DNA of 64,000 nucleotides from Candidatus Eiseniibacteriota bacterium (GCA_044223005.1 JBGAML010000008.1:111962-175961), one strand, 5' to 3'; positions 17,637 to 28,456 are shown, counted from the stretch's first letter. Notes: generated by a model from the sequence alone, not told the origin. Numbers and translations: made by a program.

Positions 17637-19454
17637 ATGCGTCGCTCCCGTCGTGCCGCCGCACTCGCGGCCGGCCTGTTGCTGTCCTGTCTCTGCGGTC
17701 TCACCGCTCCTTCCGTCGCCCGCGCGTCGCACGTCACGTTCGTCTCGCCGATCGACGGCGCGCGCGGCATCCTGCCCGTCACGACCCTCCTGGTGCGTTA
17801 CGACGGCGCGGCGCCACTCGCCGCCGGCGACCTGGCGGCCGCGTTCGAGGTCGTCGGCTCGTCGAGCGGCCCGCACGCCGGTCGTGCGCACGTCTCGCGC
17901 GACGGCGATGCGCTGATCTTCGAGCCGGCGACGCCGTTCGCACTCGGCGAGCACGTCACCGTGCGGCTCTCGGAGGCGGCGGCGCCCGATCCGGGCCGGC
18001 TCGGCGTGGCGCGTACGTTCGCGTTCGACGTCGCGGCCCGGCTCTCGCCGCGTCGCGGCGCGATTCCGGATCTCGATGCGCCCGCCATGGCGGGGCTGCT
18101 CGCCCCGGCCACTCCGGCCGCGACCCGCGACACGTTGCCCGCGGATTTCCCGGACCTGGTCACCCAGCAGATGGGCGCCTGCGCGCCCGGCCAGCTCTTC
18201 CTCGCGAACATCCCGCTCGCCGGCGACCAGACGCCGTACCTCATGGTGGTCGACAACGCGGGAACGCCGCTCTGGTACCGCGCGATGCCGGGTTGGGTGA
18301 CCGACTTCCGCCGGCACGCGAACGGCGACTTCGCCTACTTCGACAACGGCGCCGGGGTCTGGACCGTGCTCGACTCGACGTTGACCCCGTCCGAGACGTG
18401 GCAGGCGGGCAACGGGTATTTCACGGACAACCACGAGTTTCGCATGCTGGCCAACGGCCACGTGCTGCTGCTCGCGGTCGATCCGCAGATCGTCGACATG
18501 AGCGCCCTCGTGCCCGGCGGACGCACCGCCGCCACGGTGCTCGGCATGGTCGTGCAGGAACTCGACGCCGACCACGACGTCGTCTTTCAGTGGCGGTCGT
18601 TCGATCACGTGGCGATCACGGACGCCATCGGGATCGACCTGACGGCCGTCACGATCGACTACATGCATTCCAACGCGCTGGACGTGGCCGACGACGGCAA
18701 TCTCCTGCTCTCGTCCCGCCACCTGAGCGAGATCACCAAGATCGACCGCTCCACCGGGGACGTGGTATGGCGCTGGGGCGGCAAGCACAACCAGTTCACG
18801 TTCGTGGGCGACACGCTGCAGTTCGGCTACCAGCACGGCATTCGCCAGATCGGGAACGGTCACTACACCCTGTTCGACAACGGCACGCTGCGAGTGCCGT
18901 CGTGGTCGCGCGCGTGCGAGTACGCGCTCGACGAGGTGAACCACACCGCGACGCTCGCGTGGAGCTACCGCCCGAACCCCGACATCCGGGCGCTCGCGAT
19001 GGGCTTCGTGCAGCGTCTCGACAACGGCAACACGCTCGTGTCGTTCGGGACGGGCAAGCCGGACGCGATCGAGGTGACGCCCGAAGGCGACGAAGTGCTG
19101 GTGCTCTCGCTGCCGGACCAGATGTCGAGCTATCGCGTGCTCCGCAAGGACTGGAACCCGCTGCCGGTGTCGGTGACGAACGCTCGCCTGGTGTTGGACC
19201 TCGCCTTCCTCGGCCCCAACCCGGCGCACGGGACCACGACGCTCATGGCGCGCCTGCCGCAGGCGGGCCGCGTGGCACTGCGCGTGTTCGACCTGCAGGG
19301 CCGCGAGGTGGCGACGCCCCTGTCGCCGGCGCTGCGCCAGGCGGGAGTGCTCACGGTGCCGCTGCGTCTCGCGGGCCGGCCGAGCGGCGTCTACTTCTGC
19401 AGGCTCGAAACCGAGCAGGGCGCGACGACGCGGCGGCTCCTGCTCGTGAACTAG
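17637..19454 (+). CDS. Aryl-sulfate sulfotransferase (ASST) family protein with N-terminal Ig-like domain and T9SS-CTD (605 aa)
   Basis: Signal peptide; DNHEF, DYMHSNAL, LSSRH, WRWGG, YQHG, LFDNG, VQRLDNGNTL; CTD GPNPAHG...FDLQGREVAT...SGVYFCRL. Confidence 0.85.
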   Translation: MRRSRRAAALAAGLLLSCLCGLTAPSVARASHVTFVSPIDGARGILPVTTLLVRYDGAAPLAAGDLAAAFEVVGSSSGPHAGRAHVSRDGDALIFEPATPFALGEHVTVRLSEAAAPDPGRLGVARTFAFDVAARLSPRRGAIPDLDAPAMAGLLAPATPAATRDTLPADFPDLVTQQMGACAPGQLFLANIPLAGDQTPYLMVVDNAGTPLWYRAMPGWVTDFRRHANGDFAYFDNGAGVWTVLDSTLTPSETWQAGNGYFTDNHEFRMLANGHVLLLAVDPQIVDMSALVPGGRTAATVLGMVVQELDADHDVVFQWRSFDHVAITDAIGIDLTAVTIDYMHSNALDVADDGNLLLSSRHLSEITKIDRSTGDVVWRWGGKHNQFTFVGDTLQFGYQHGIRQIGNGHYTLFDNGTLRVPSWSRACEYALDEVNHTATLAWSYRPNPDIRALAMGFVQRLDNGNTLVSFGTGKPDAIEVTPEGDEVLVLSLPDQMSSYRVLRKDWNPLPVSVTNARLVLDLAFLGPNPAHGTTTLMARLPQAGRVALRVFDLQGREVATPLSPALRQAGVLTVPLRLAGRPSGVYFCRLETEQGATTRRLLLVN

Positions 19455-19472
19455 TACGTCCGGCAACGCGGC

Positions 19473-19499
19473 CCGCGGCCCCGGAATCCGGGGCCGCGG
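19473..19499. terminator. 12-bp GC hairpin after the ASST gene
   Basis: CCGCGGCCCCGG-AAT-CCGGGGCCGCGG. Confidence 0.5.
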
Positions 19500-19679
19500 C
19501 TCGGGCAGCCGGACCGAACCTGTTCCTGAAAATCCGCCGCCCCCGCGTGGTTCGGGCTGGGAACCACTGCGAGCCCGCTGCTAGCATAGGACGGCCGCTC
19601 CGGCATGCCCCCCGTTCCGCGCCGGCGACTGCGGCCGCTCCCCCACGGACCGCACTCTCCCTCGGCTCCCGACATCTCC

Positions 19680-22600
19680 GTGAGGTTCTCCGTGCTCCGC
19701 CGACCCTTCGGTTTCGTGGCGATCGTCGCCGCGATCGTGCTGCTCGCCGGCGCCGCCGCGCGCGCGCTGGTCGTCCCCTCCGGGTTCGTGGTCGAGAACG
19801 CCGTTTCCGGTTCGACCTTCAAATACCCGACGGGGCTCGCCTTCCTGCCGGACGGCCGCTTCATCGTGACCGAGGAAGAGGGCAAGGCCTGGATGGTCGT
19901 GAACGGCGTGCGCCAGGCGAACGAGGTCTGGAACGCGACGGGCGAGATCCTGAGCAACGGCGATCGCGGCCTGCTCGGCGTGGCGGTCGACCCGAAGTAC
20001 TTCGTCAATCACTTCGTCTACTTCCTCTACTCGGTGGACCCGGACTCGAACGGCGTCGACGACAACCCCAACGGGTTCAGCCGCCTCGCGCGCTACACGA
20101 TGCGCACGACCGGGGACACGAACACGGTCGACCCCGCGTCGCGCACGATCCTGATCGGCGTGGACTGGCGCCACGGAAAGCTCGATGCCGGGCTCTCGCA
20201 CAGCATCGGATCGCTGCGCTGGGGCCGCGACGGCAGCCTGCTCGTCTCGGCGGGAGAGGGCGCGGACTTCGACACCGTCGACGCGGGTGGCCTGCAGCCG
20301 GCGGCGTTCGGTCCCACGCGCACGGATCCGAACGAGGACATCGGCGCGTTCCGCGCGCAGGACGTGACGAACATCTGCGGCAAGATCCTGCGCATCAACC
20401 CGGCGAACGGGCACGGCTACGCGAGCAATCCGTTCGCCGACGGCGACCTCTCCGACGCCCGATCGCGTGTGTGGGAATACGGCATGCGCAATCCGTACCG
20501 GTTCACGGTGCGGCCGGGCACGGGCAGCACGGACACGTCGGCGGCGAACCCGGGCTCGCTCTACATCGGCGACGTCGGCTGGGGCAGCTACGAGGAGCTG
20601 AACGTCGCGCCCGCCGGCGGCCGCAACTTCGGCTGGCCTTGCAACGAGGGGTTCGATCCGCAGCCCCGCTACACGCTCGCCAACCCGAGCCACAACGGCT
20701 GCGGCAGCGTGGGCACGGCGACCAATCCATCGTCGTGGTCCAAGCCGGTCGCGTCGTGGCACCACAGCCAGTCGGGCCTGAGCGTGCCGCCGGGCACCAC
20801 GGGCTCGGCGATCGTGGCCGGCGCCTTCTACACGGACAGCCTCTATCCGGGCGCCTGGCGCAACCGGCTGTTCATCGCGGACTTCGTCGAGGAGTGGATC
20901 CAGGTCGCCACGTTCAGCAACAACGACCACTTCATCGGTCTCACCACCTTCGGCACCGGCATGGGCGCGCCGGTGTCGATCGACCGCAGCCCGATCGACG
21001 GCAATCTCTACTACGCCTCGATCTCGACCGGCGAGGTCCGGCGCATCCGCTGGACGGGTGCGACGGGTGGCAACTCGATCCCGGTGGCGAAGGCGATCGC
21101 GACGCCCGCGAGCGGACCGGCACCGCTCACGGTCGCGTTCACCGGAGACGACAGCTTCGATCCCGACGGCAACACGCTCGCCTACGCGTGGACGTTCGGC
21201 GACGGCGGCACCTCGACGCTCGCGAACCCGTCGCACCTCTACGCGGCGATCGGCACCTACGTCGCGAAGCTCACCGTGAACGACGGGCGCGGGGGTGTCT
21301 CGACGGATTCCGTCACGGTGTCGGCGATCGCGAACCAGGCGTTCCCGACCACGGCGGTGATCGACAACTTCAACCGCGCGAACGGCGCGCTCGCGGCCCC
21401 GTGGGTGGGCACGAACGGCGTCGCGATCGCGTCCAACCGCCTGTCGCAGACTTGCTGCTACGCGACGCCCGTGTGGACCGGCGCCAGCTTCGGCCCCGAG
21501 CAGGAAGCCTTCCTCACGCTCTCGTCGATCGTCGCGAACGCGCCCGAGTACGACCTGATGCTCAAGGTGCAGGGGACGACCTACACCTCGGCGCACATCG
21601 AGGTGCGCTACGACGACGCGGTCAAGCGCGTCGCGGTCGCGACCTACGACGCGGCGGCCGGCGGCTGGGTGGATCGTGGCGCGGTGCCCACGACGTTCGT
21701 CGCGGGCGACCGGCTCGGCGCGCGCGCACACGCGAACGGGACCGTGGACGTCTTCAAGAACACGACGCTGCTCGGGACGATCTCCACGGCCGGCTGGGCG
21801 TACAACGCGCAGGGCGGCTCGCTCGGGCTCACGCTGAGCGCCATCGGCGCCACGTTCGACGACTTCGGCGGCGGGACGTACCAGGCGGTGAGCGCCAGTC
21901 CCGTCGTCACGGTCACCTCGCCCAACGGCGGCGAGAGCTGGGTCGGCGGGTCCTCGCACGACGTGCAGTGGACGGCCGTCGACGACGTCGCCGTCACCAC
22001 GGTGGACGTCTACTACAAGGATCACGCGGCTTCGCCGTGGGTCCCGCTCGGACTGGCGCTGCCGAACACCGGTCACTTCACGTGGTTCGTGCAGAACACG
22101 CCCGCGTCCGACGCCCGCGTGCGCGTGATCGCGCGGGACGGCGACGGGCACGCGACCGCGGACAGCAGCGACGCCAACTTCACGATCACCGCCACGCCGG
22201 GCGGCGTCGTGCCGACGACGCTGCGCGACTTCCTGCTGCCGGGCACGCAGCCGCTGGAGGCGGGCGGCCTGTCGAGCCAGGCGAGCTGCAACACGTGTCA
22301 CTCGGGCTACTCGCCGCCGGTCGAGCCGGGGCGTAACTGGAAGGGCTCGATGATGGCGCAGGCGGCGCACGATCCGATCTTCTACGCCTGCCTCGCGATC
22401 GCGGAGCAGGACGCGCCGTCCTCGGGCGACCTGTGCATCCGCTGCCATTCGCCGCTCTCGTGGCTCGCGGGCAGGAGCCAGCCCACGAGCGGCGCGCGCA
22501 TCGACGCGCTCGGACGCGAAGGACTGTCCTGCGATTTCTGCCACCGCATGGTCGACCCGATCTACCAGGCGGGCGTGAGCCCAGCCGTGGACCAGCCGAT

Positions 22601-24107
22601 CCTCGCCGGCATGCTGCCCTCACACGTGCCGACCTCGTACGGCGTCGGCCAGTACGTGATCGATCCCAACAGCCGCGCGCGCGGGCCGTTCGCGGACGCG
22701 CTCGCGCCGCACGAGTTCGTCGCCTCGCCGTTCCACACGCGCAGCGAGATGTGCGCGACGTGCCACGACGTCTCGAACCCGGTCTTCGATCGCGTCACGG
22801 GTGCGGCGTACGCGCCGGGGCCGCTCGACACGCCGGCGGACACCGTCGATTCCCGCAAGCTGATGCCGCTCGAGCGCACCTACAGCGAGTGGCGCGCGAG
22901 CGCGTTTCCGCAAGGCGTGACGCTGCCCGAGTTCGCCGGCAACGCGCCGGGCGGCGTGGTGTCGGCGTGCCAGGACTGCCACATGCGCCAGGTGACCGGC
23001 GCCGGGTGCAACTCCGTCAGCGCGCCCGTCCGCGGCAACCTGCCCCTGCACGACTTCACGGGCGGGAACGCGTGGATGGGCGGCGTGATCGCGTCGCTCT
23101 GGCCGTCGGAGACCGACCCGGCGGCGATCGCCGACGCCCGCCAGCGCGCGGTCTCGACGCTGCAGAAGGCGGCGGACGTGCAGCTGTCGTTCGCGCCCGA
23201 GGGTGACAGTCTTCTCGCCACCGTGCGCGTCGTGAACCGCACGGGCCACAAGCTGCCCACCGGCTATCCGGAGGGCCGGCGCATGTGGCTCGACGTGGTG
23301 ATGAAGGACGCGGGCGGGAACGTGCTCTACCGCTCGTGTCCCTACGATTCGACGACGGGCGTGCTGGCGCCCGGGCCGCTCGCACGCGTGTACGAGATGC
23401 ACCTCGGTGTCTCGAAGCGCAGTGCCGCGGCGCTCGGCCTCGCGGCTGGGCCGACGTTCCACTTCACGCTCAACGACTCGGTCTACAAGGACAACCGCAT
23501 CCCGCCGCTCGGGTTCACCAACGCCGCGTACGATTCGTTCGGTGGGACGCCCGTGGACGACTCGCAGCCCTCGCCGCGCTATCCGGACGGCCAGAACTGG
23601 GACGCGTCGAGCTACCCGGTGCCGAAGACCGCGGTGACGGTGACCGCGACGCTCTGGTACCAGACGACGTCCAAGGACTACGTCGAGTTCCTGCAGGCGA
23701 CCAACGCCAGCAACACCGCGGGCCAGGCGATGTACGACGCGTGGACCGCGAACGGCCGGTCCGCGCCCGTCGCCATGGAATCCGTTTTGCTGCCGACGAG
23801 CGGCACGGGAACGGACGGGGCGGCGCCGCCGACGGTGCTCGCGTTGCAGCCGCTGCGCAATCCCTCGGCGGGACCGGTGCGGCTCGCGCTGTCGCTGCCG
23901 CGCGCGGCGAACGTGCGGTTCGAGATCTTCGACGTGACCGGCCGCGCGGTGTTCCGAGCGCCTGAACACCGCTACGCGGCGGGCGTGCACGCACTCGAGT
24001 GGGATGGCCGCGTCGCCGGCCGCAGCGAGGCCGGGGCAGGCGCGTACTGGGCGGTCGCGACGGTGGACGGCGAGCGGCTCGTGCGCCGCATCGTCCGCCT
24101 GCGCTGA
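19680..24107 (+). CDS. Secreted fusion: GSDH/PQQ-type beta-propeller + PKD + lectin-like/Ig domains + five-CxxCH multiheme cytochrome c + T9SS-CTD (~1475 aa)
   Basis: Signal ending AARA; DRGLLGVAVDP, SHSIGSL, GKILRI, YGMRNPYRF, GDVG, NFGWP; PKD SFDPDG...WTFGDG; VTSPNGGE; CNTCH, CIRCH, CDFCH, CATCH, CQDCH; GHKLPTGYPEGRR; CTD FDVTGRAV...WDGR...GAYW. Start at GTG 19680 or 19692. Confidence 0.9.
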   Translation: MRFSVLRRPFGFVAIVAAIVLLAGAAARALVVPSGFVVENAVSGSTFKYPTGLAFLPDGRFIVTEEEGKAWMVVNGVRQANEVWNATGEILSNGDRGLLGVAVDPKYFVNHFVYFLYSVDPDSNGVDDNPNGFSRLARYTMRTTGDTNTVDPASRTILIGVDWRHGKLDAGLSHSIGSLRWGRDGSLLVSAGEGADFDTVDAGGLQPAAFGPTRTDPNEDIGAFRAQDVTNICGKILRINPANGHGYASNPFADGDLSDARSRVWEYGMRNPYRFTVRPGTGSTDTSAANPGSLYIGDVGWGSYEELNVAPAGGRNFGWPCNEGFDPQPRYTLANPSHNGCGSVGTATNPSSWSKPVASWHHSQSGLSVPPGTTGSAIVAGAFYTDSLYPGAWRNRLFIADFVEEWIQVATFSNNDHFIGLTTFGTGMGAPVSIDRSPIDGNLYYASISTGEVRRIRWTGATGGNSIPVAKAIATPASGPAPLTVAFTGDDSFDPDGNTLAYAWTFGDGGTSTLANPSHLYAAIGTYVAKLTVNDGRGGVSTDSVTVSAIANQAFPTTAVIDNFNRANGALAAPWVGTNGVAIASNRLSQTCCYATPVWTGASFGPEQEAFLTLSSIVANAPEYDLMLKVQGTTYTSAHIEVRYDDAVKRVAVATYDAAAGGWVDRGAVPTTFVAGDRLGARAHANGTVDVFKNTTLLGTISTAGWAYNAQGGSLGLTLSAIGATFDDFGGGTYQAVSASPVVTVTSPNGGESWVGGSSHDVQWTAVDDVAVTTVDVYYKDHAASPWVPLGLALPNTGHFTWFVQNTPASDARVRVIARDGDGHATADSSDANFTITATPGGVVPTTLRDFLLPGTQPLEAGGLSSQASCNTCHSGYSPPVEPGRNWKGSMMAQAAHDPIFYACLAIAEQDAPSSGDLCIRCHSPLSWLAGRSQPTSGARIDALGREGLSCDFCHRMVDPIYQAGVSPAVDQPILAGMLPSHVPTSYGVGQYVIDPNSRARGPFADALAPHEFVASPFHTRSEMCATCHDVSNPVFDRVTGAAYAPGPLDTPADTVDSRKLMPLERTYSEWRASAFPQGVTLPEFAGNAPGGVVSACQDCHMRQVTGAGCNSVSAPVRGNLPLHDFTGGNAWMGGVIASLWPSETDPAAIADARQRAVSTLQKAADVQLSFAPEGDSLLATVRVVNRTGHKLPTGYPEGRRMWLDVVMKDAGGNVLYRSCPYDSTTGVLAPGPLARVYEMHLGVSKRSAAALGLAAGPTFHFTLNDSVYKDNRIPPLGFTNAAYDSFGGTPVDDSQPSPRYPDGQNWDASSYPVPKTAVTVTATLWYQTTSKDYVEFLQATNASNTAGQAMYDAWTANGRSAPVAMESVLLPTSGTGTDGAAPPTVLALQPLRNPSAGPVRLALSLPRAANVRFEIFDVTGRAVFRAPEHRYAAGVHALEWDGRVAGRSEAGAGAYWAVATVDGERLVRRIVRLR

Positions 24108-24160
24108 CCGAACGATCCGCGCGCGCCCGTCTCGGCGCGTGCTCGCCGAGGAGGTCGATC

Positions 24161-24916
24161 GTGCGCTGGGCCGTGGGAGCGGGAGTTGCGCTGCTGTTCG
24201 TCGGAACGAGTGCAGGCGCTGCTCCGCGCACCGACGCGTGGGCCGTGGGGCCGCACCCGGTCGTCCACGTCTTCTCGGACGACGCGCGGGTGCGCGTGCG
24301 GACCGGACCGGCCGACAGTGTCGTGCTGGTGACGAAGCACGTGGTGAAGGCCCGTGGCGAGCGCTTCGAGTTCCGCCCCGAGCGGATCACCGTGGAGCGC
24401 CGCGGAGACACGCTGGACGTGGAAGCGATCACGGGCGGCGGCACGGTCGTGATCGGCGCGGTCGCCGAGCGATTCGAGATGCAGCTCGTGGTGCCCGAGG
24501 GTGCGGTGGTGCGGCTCGAGACGGGCGAGGGCCGCGTCGACCTCGCGGGCGTGCGGGGCGAGTTCGACGTGCGCACCTCGACGGGCGACCTGTTCGCGCG
24601 CGATGCGCGCGGCCAGCTGCGCGTGAACGCGCCGCGGGCACGGCGCGTGGACGTCCGGGGTTTCGATGGCCGTCTCGAGGTCGCGACGGCGGGCGACGTG
24701 CGCGCCACCGGACGCTTCGACCTTCTCGTCGCGTCGACGCACGGCGGTGATCTCGAGGTCGAGTGCCGCCCCGGCTGCGCGTCGCCGGAGTCGTGGCGGC
24801 TCGAGACCCTCGCTCCGGCAGGTGGCGAGATCGTGCTGCGAGCGTCGCCGGAATTCGAGGCGACCCGCGTGCCGGCGAGCGCTCGGACTCGGGTCCGCCG
24901 CGAAGGCGGGCGCTGA
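24161..24916 (+). CDS. DUF4097-like beta-strand repeat exported protein
   Basis: RBS GAGGAGG + GTG; VVPEG followed by repeats LETGEGRV / VRTSTGDL / ASTHGGDL. Confidence 0.7.
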   Translation: MRWAVGAGVALLFVGTSAGAAPRTDAWAVGPHPVVHVFSDDARVRVRTGPADSVVLVTKHVVKARGERFEFRPERITVERRGDTLDVEAITGGGTVVIGAVAERFEMQLVVPEGAVVRLETGEGRVDLAGVRGEFDVRTSTGDLFARDARGQLRVNAPRARRVDVRGFDGRLEVATAGDVRATGRFDLLVASTHGGDLEVECRPGCASPESWRLETLAPAGGEIVLRASPEFEATRVPASARTRVRREGGR

Positions 24917-25082
24917 GAGCGGAGCCCGCACGTTCGTCCCGCGCATCCCCCCGCACGCGCGTGCTACGCTCCGGGCGGGAAGCCTCGCGCGGGCGCTCGA
25001 GGTTTCCCGTCCCGAGTCACGGCGGCCGCGCGGCACGCGCGGTGGACGCCGCCTCCGTCGGTTCGGCCCGGCCGCTCTCCCC

Positions 25083-28000
25083 ATGACGCCTCGACTCACC
25101 ACCGCCGTTCGCCATCTCGCGTTCGCGACCCTTCTGCTCGCGGCGGCGTCCGTGCGTGAGGGCCCCGCCTCCGTGGTCGACCAGGCCATCATCTGGCTGC
25201 CCACGGGTATCGCCATCGCGGGCGTCTGGATCCTCGGACTGCGAGCGGCTGCTTCGGTCGCGATCGTCACGCTGATCCAGCGCTGGATGCTCGGGTACGA
25301 CATGGGCGTCGCCGTGCCGGCGGCGATCGGCAGCACGGCCGAGGCACTCGCCGGAGTTCTCGTGCTCCGGCAACTGGATTTCCGCGCCGAGCTCTCGCGC
25401 CTGCGGGATGTGTTCGCGCTGATGGCCGCGGCGGCGGTCGCGCCGCTCGCCAGCATCTTCTTCTCCTGGATCGGGCGCTCGTTCTTCTGGAGCAACCCGA
25501 CCATGCCGTTCTACTCGGGCTGGGACGGCTGGTGGCGGATGAACGCGCTCGGCGCACTCACGATCGTGCCGCTGGCCGTGTCGTGGTTGCGGACGACGCG
25601 GCGCGAGATCACGGCGCGGTCGGTCGGCACCACCGCGCTGGCCCTCGTCGGCGTGCCCGCGGTCACGATCGCAGTCATGTGGCTGGCCCCCGCCGACACG
25701 ACCGGCGTTCTCGGTGTCAACCTCGTGCTCGCGCTGGTCGTGCTGTTCGCCGCGGTACGATTCGGCGTCCGCGGCGCCACGCTCGCCTCCGCACTCGCGG
25801 TGCTCACCGTGGCGCTCACGACGACGCACGGCCTCGGCCCGTTCCTCGCGGTGCCGCGGCCGGTACGCCACGTGGCGATCCAGCTGTTCGAGTTCACGGC
25901 GGTCGCGCTGCCCCCCGCGTTCGGCGCGCTGATCGCCGAGCGGCGCGCGGCGCTCGAGCGCGGGGTCCGCAGCGACGTGCTGCGGCTCTCGATCCAGTCG
26001 GCGCTTCCCGACGTGGTCTACCGCGTGGCCCTCGACGGCACCTGTCTCGACGTGAGCGTGCCCGCGGCGCTGAGCCGGTCGTTTCGCCGCGAGGAGCTCG
26101 TCGGCCGCCCGATGACGGCGTTGTTCCCGCCGGGGCAGGGCGATTCGTTCCTGCGCGCGATCCGCGACGCGCTGGCCGTGGGCACGCCGGCCACGATCGA
26201 ATACGAGACGAAGGTCGACGGGCAGCGGCGCGTGCACGAGGCGCGCTGCGTGCCGCACGGCGACGACGAGATCCTCGCGGTCGTGCGCGACATCACGCAG
26301 CGCAAGTGGTCCGAGGGCATGATGGCCTTCGAGGCACGCATTCTCGCCGACGTCGCGACCGGCCGGCCGAGCGCCGAGGTGTGCCGCGAGATCGTGGCGG
26401 GCATCGAGCGGCTGGTTCCCGACGGCCTGTGTTCGATCCTCGTGCTGAACGGCGACCGGCTGCACGTGGGCAGCGCCCCGTCGCTGCCGGCGGCCTACAA
26501 CGAGGCGGTCGAGGGTTTCGAGATCGGAGCGGGCCGGGCGTCCTGCGGCACCGCCGCGGCGACGGGGCAGCTCGTGGTGGTGGAAGACATCGCCCACGAC
26601 CCCCTCTGGACCGACTGGCGCGACCTGGCGCTGGTGCACGGCCTGCGCGCGTGCTGGTCGCTCCCGGTCCGCGACGCGGTGGGCGCGGTGATCGGGACGT
26701 TCGCCGTCTACTACCGCGAGGCGCGCGCGCCCGGGGCGCACGAGCTCGCGCTCGCCGAGCGCGCGGCTGCGCTCGCGGGCATCGCCCTCGACCGCGAGCG
26801 GAGAAGTGAAGCGCTCCGCCGCAGCGAGGAACTGCTCGCGTCGATCAACTCCAACGTGCAGGAAGGCCTCTTCCGCGCGACGGCGTCGCTCGAGGTGCGC
26901 TACGCCAACGACGCGCTCGCGCGAATGTTCGGTCACGGCTCGCCCGAGGCCTTCGTCGGTGCGGATCTCGTCGCCACCGTCGAGGATCGCGAGCGCGTCG
27001 CCGAGCTGCTGGGGCGGCTGGAACGCGACGGGCGCTGGGTCAACGAGGAGGTGCGCTTCCTCCGCGCGGACGGGACCGCGTTCTGGGGGCTCGTCTCGGC
27101 CACGCTCGTCCGCGAAACGGGTGGCCAGCCGCCGCACGTGGACGGCGCCATCGCCGACGTGACGGCGCGCAAGGAGCTCGAGGAGCAGTTCCGGCAGTCG
27201 CAGAAGATGGAGGCTGTCGGCAAGCTCGCCGGGGGCGTCGCGCACGACTTCAACAACCTGCTCACCGTCATCTTCGGGTACGCGGACGCGATCCGCGGTG
27301 ACTCCGCCGAAGGCGATCCCGTTCACGAGCACGCCGAACAGGTCCTCGAGGCGGCCCGGCGAGCCTCCGGACTCACGCGCCAGCTGCTCGCGTACAGCCG
27401 CCAGCAGGTGCTCTCGCCGCAGGTCCTGGAGCTGGCCGCCGTGGTCGGCCAGATGGGCGACATGCTCCAGCGCCTGATCGGCGAGGACGTGAGGCTGCTG
27501 ATCGAGCCTCCCCGCGAACGCTGCTGGGTGCGCGTGGACCGCAGCCAGATCGAGCAGGTGCTCCTGAACCTCGTCGTCAACGCCCGCGATGCGATGCGTA
27601 CCGGTGGCACGCTCACGATCGCGACGGTCCACGCGGATCGCGGATCCGACCGCGTCGCCCCGGGCGAAGCGGCGAGCGCGGAGCCGTCGGTGCTGCTGCG
27701 CGTGAGCGACACGGGCGTCGGCATGACACCCGAGGTGCAGGCGCGCGCCTTCGATCCGTTCTTCACCACCAAGGGACTCGGCGAGGGCACCGGCCTCGGG
27801 CTCTCGACCGTGTACGGCATCGTCAAGCAGAGCGGGGGATCGGTCTGGCTGGAGAGCGCGCCCGGCGCGGGGACGACGGTCTGGATCCGCCTGCCGCGCT
27901 GGGCGGCCCCCGACGAGAGCGCCGCGACCCCTGCGCCGGTGGCGGCGATCTCCGGCGCGGCGACCGTGCTGCTGGCCGAAGACGATCCCGGCGTGCGCGA

Positions 28001-28337
28001 GCTCGTGTCGCACACGCTCGAGCACGCGGGCTACCGCGTGCTCGCGGCCGGGGACGGCGCCGAGGCCCTCGCGGCGGCCGGCGCGCATCCGGGATCGATC
28101 GACGTGGTCGTGAGCGACGTCGTGATGCCGCACCTTGGCGGCCGCGAGCTCGCGGCCCGGCTCCTCGATGCGCGGCCGCAGGTGCGGGTGCTCTTCATTT
28201 CCGGCTACGCGGACGACGCGCGCGAGCGCGAGGCGTTGTGCGGGCCGAACAGCCGCTTCCTCGCGAAGCCGTTCGCTCCCGAGGCACTGGTCGAGCGGGT
28301 CCGCGACCTGCTGCGCCCGGAGGGTTCGGCGGCCTGA
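25083..28337 (+). CDS. Hybrid sensor histidine kinase MASE1-PAS-GAF-PAS-HisKA-HATPase-REC (1084 aa)
   Basis: IWLPTGIA and multiple TMs (MASE1); RDIT; SCGTAA...ACWSLP (GAF); QKMEAVGKLAGGVAHDFNNLL; NLVVNARDA; FDPFFTTK; GTGLGL; receiver LAEDD...SDVVMP...KPF. Confidence 0.95.
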   Translation: MTPRLTTAVRHLAFATLLLAAASVREGPASVVDQAIIWLPTGIAIAGVWILGLRAAASVAIVTLIQRWMLGYDMGVAVPAAIGSTAEALAGVLVLRQLDFRAELSRLRDVFALMAAAAVAPLASIFFSWIGRSFFWSNPTMPFYSGWDGWWRMNALGALTIVPLAVSWLRTTRREITARSVGTTALALVGVPAVTIAVMWLAPADTTGVLGVNLVLALVVLFAAVRFGVRGATLASALAVLTVALTTTHGLGPFLAVPRPVRHVAIQLFEFTAVALPPAFGALIAERRAALERGVRSDVLRLSIQSALPDVVYRVALDGTCLDVSVPAALSRSFRREELVGRPMTALFPPGQGDSFLRAIRDALAVGTPATIEYETKVDGQRRVHEARCVPHGDDEILAVVRDITQRKWSEGMMAFEARILADVATGRPSAEVCREIVAGIERLVPDGLCSILVLNGDRLHVGSAPSLPAAYNEAVEGFEIGAGRASCGTAAATGQLVVVEDIAHDPLWTDWRDLALVHGLRACWSLPVRDAVGAVIGTFAVYYREARAPGAHELALAERAAALAGIALDRERRSEALRRSEELLASINSNVQEGLFRATASLEVRYANDALARMFGHGSPEAFVGADLVATVEDRERVAELLGRLERDGRWVNEEVRFLRADGTAFWGLVSATLVRETGGQPPHVDGAIADVTARKELEEQFRQSQKMEAVGKLAGGVAHDFNNLLTVIFGYADAIRGDSAEGDPVHEHAEQVLEAARRASGLTRQLLAYSRQQVLSPQVLELAAVVGQMGDMLQRLIGEDVRLLIEPPRERCWVRVDRSQIEQVLLNLVVNARDAMRTGGTLTIATVHADRGSDRVAPGEAASAEPSVLLRVSDTGVGMTPEVQARAFDPFFTTKGLGEGTGLGLSTVYGIVKQSGGSVWLESAPGAGTTVWIRLPRWAAPDESAATPAPVAAISGAATVLLAEDDPGVRELVSHTLEHAGYRVLAAGDGAEALAAAGAHPGSIDVVVSDVVMPHLGGRELAARLLDARPQVRVLFISGYADDAREREALCGPNSRFLAKPFAPEALVERVRDLLRPEGSAA

Positions 28338-28456
28338 GCGCCCGGGGGCGGGACTGCGCCTTGCGGCCCGGTGCGCCCCTCGGAGGCGTGATCTAGACTG
28401 CCGCTCGTCGCCTCGACGCGCGCCGACGCGCGTCGCATTCCGTCTCGGGGCCGCTC

